64,000 bases of DNA, from assembly GCA_010093705.1 (NCBI GenBank), contig MU006104.1:372001-436000 (forward strand), read 5' to 3'. Origin of the DNA: Patellaria atrata CBS 101060 (lineage: Eukaryota). The notes beneath the pieces were generated by a model, which saw nothing but the letters and a program-made list of their open reading frames with translations, was not told the DNA's origin and did not search any database. This document shows positions 62,379 through 64,000 of the stretch, piece by piece. Each line of letters starts with the position of its first letter. Position 1 is the stretch's first letter. The translations under genes were made by a program, and so were the position numbers.

Positions 62379-64000
62379 TCACCGTCGCTCAAACTCCGGC
62401 GTATCCCCCGCAACCCTGTCCAAAACCGTGTGCTCGCTCCCAAACTGCTCCAACGGCTCCACGGTCGGAAACCCCTGGAACCCCGGTCCGCTCGGCTGCG
62501 CGGGAGGCAGCATCCTCTTTTCCCCGTTCCCGCCCTGCTCCAACCTCTCCACGAAGCCGACTCTCAGATCCGGCACGCCCGCTCTGCTCACCTGTTTCTG
62601 CGCCAAACTCGGTTTTTCGGCCAGATTATTGAGCATAGCGCGGCTTGCGTCGAGCATCTGCACCGCGTACTCGAGGAACTCGGCGCGCTTGGAGCTGACG
62701 GAGAGGGTCCAGCGGTACTCCCTCAGCCGAGTCTTGTAGAACTCAGCTTCCTCCTGCCCCGGGGCGGTGGCCCAGAGCAAACTGCCAAAAGTGCCGATGA
62801 GGGTAAAATTGATCTTGGAGGCAAAATACCAGAAAGACTGTAAGTGGGCGGGTTTGAGGCGGTTGACGAAGTCCATGGCGGAGATGAGACGGGTTTTGGC
62901 GGCTGAGCGGCAGATGTAGAGGAGATAGGAGTCTGCAGTCTCTGGATCGAGTGACTGGATAATGCGTCGGTGTAGGGTAATTTCTGTGGCGAAGTAGGCG
63001 AGGTGGAGATAGCCGGTGGAAGAGAGATTGGAATTGCCGACGTTGTCCATGCGTGTGGAGGGTGGGAGACTGGCAAACCATTCTTTGAGTTTGATTTGGA
63101 CAGGTTTTGCGCGTTCGAGGATCAAGCGTGTGGAATCTTTCCCCGCATTTTCGAAGTCTTGTATTGCGACTTGGGTGTAGAAGGTATCCATTACCTCTGC
63201 CATGATTCCTGTCAAAGATATCATTTGAGCGAATAAAACTTGACCTTTCTCCTGTTCAGCTTGTTGCTCGGGAGTTAAGGGATCTGGTTCAGTTGTAGCG
63301 CTATCGGATTCAGAAAAGTCTTCATCAGTGATACACCTTACAGCCCAGTTAGCACTAAATATATGAGATGGTCGACCATGGATTAAGGAACTCCATTTAT
63401 CCTGCATATACAAAGCCCACGCTATGCGTCTTCGTAGACCTCGTTCCCAGAGCGGGATTGACCAGTTGGAGCAATCGAGATGCAAACCCAGCTCTTGACC
63501 TATGGCAACCAACTGTGTCGTTAGACTCCATGAATCTGTATCTGGTCTTTGCAATAACAGCATACCACCTTGTACAGTGGACAATTTCGGTCTTTCCATG
63601 GCGGAAGATAGTGCTCTCAGCGCAATAGTTTCTAATCTTGTTGCATCGGGCTTTGGAATTCCTTGGAGTTTAGGTTCGTGATACCACCAGTTTAGGGCAA
63701 GCAAGTACATGCCAGCAAGCAGAGCAGGAGAAAATTGCCAATCTCCATTGCGTAGACGGTCATAAAATATTGTCTTTTGTATTATTGGGAAACTTGGATG
63801 TACGGTGCGGAAATAGATGTCGATAAGGGTTCTCCCATGTGGAGAGATGACCTCGTCGATGGCCGCGAGGAACTGTGTATCCTCGCCATATTCTTGGGAG
63901 CTTTCATCAGGTAGCATAATGAAACACTCATGATCATTCACCCTCCTTAACGTCCCCAGATCGAACGAGCTTTCGTTTCGAGTATCGAACTTGGAAAGAC
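62379..64000 (-). CDS. Fungal-specific transcription factor (Fungal_trans domain), DAL81/TamA-like; 5' part lies outside the window
   Basis: LIDIYFRTVHPSFPII, ELGLHLDCSNWSIPLWERGLRRRIAWALYMQDKWSSLIHGRPSHI and HLQSFWYFASKINF. Confidence 0.85.
   Translation of the reverse strand, partial: LSKFDTRNESSFDLGTLRRVNDHECFIMLPDESSQEYGEDTQFLAAIDEVISPHGRTLIDIYFRTVHPSFPIIQKTIFYDRLRNGDWQFSPALLAGMYLLALNWWYHEPKLQGIPKPDATRLETIALRALSSAMERPKLSTVQGGMLLLQRPDTDSWSLTTQLVAIGQELGLHLDCSNWSIPLWERGLRRRIAWALYMQDKWSSLIHGRPSHIFSANWAVRCITDEDFSESDSATTEPDPLTPEQQAEQEKGQVLFAQMISLTGIMAEVMDTFYTQVAIQDFENAGKDSTRLILERAKPVQIKLKEWFASLPPSTRMDNVGNSNLSSTGYLHLAYFATEITLHRRIIQSLDPETADSYLLYICRSAAKTRLISAMDFVNRLKPAHLQSFWYFASKINFTLIGTFGSLLWATAPGQEEAEFYKTRLREYRWTLSVSSKRAEFLEYAVQMLDASRAMLNNLAEKPSLAQKQVSRAGVPDLRVGFVERLEQGGNGEKRMLPPAQPSGPGFQGFPTVEPLEQFGSEHTVLDRVAGDTPEFERR

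Overview
Intron-containing genomic DNA of a filamentous ascomycete (Pezizomycotina; GT-AG introns of mostly ~50-60 nt with CTRAY-type branch sites). Most of the window is a compact run of conserved genes: LSM2, a large SAM-methyltransferase-domain gene, RPE1, RFC2, NPL4, SEC66, an LCCL-annotated protein, a metallo-beta-lactamase-fold protein, a D-2-hydroxyacid dehydrogenase, a GprM-like GPCR, PPE1, a membrane alpha/beta hydrolase, UTP23, a DUF726 protein, CDC1, an isochorismatase, DNM1, ERV46 and a DAL81/TamA-like transcription factor. Between RPE1 and RFC2 (~8.8-24.7 kb) lies a ~16-kb island of decayed genes: CorA-like, amidase, MFS and SRPK-like kinase pseudogenes, plus one apparently intact small Cys-rich ORF. 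A young, 5'-truncated, CpG-depleted LINE with a perfect 12-14 bp target-site duplication sits inside an exon of the dead amidase. Other points of interest are a candidate alternative intron that could toggle an NLS-like tail on Npl4, an inverted-repeat-bounded tandem array upstream of LSM2, and long structured or in-frame introns in LSM2 and RPE1. I saw no rRNA, tRNA or CRISPR array. All gene identities come from motif recognition, not database searches, and no new multi-gene system is clearly established.
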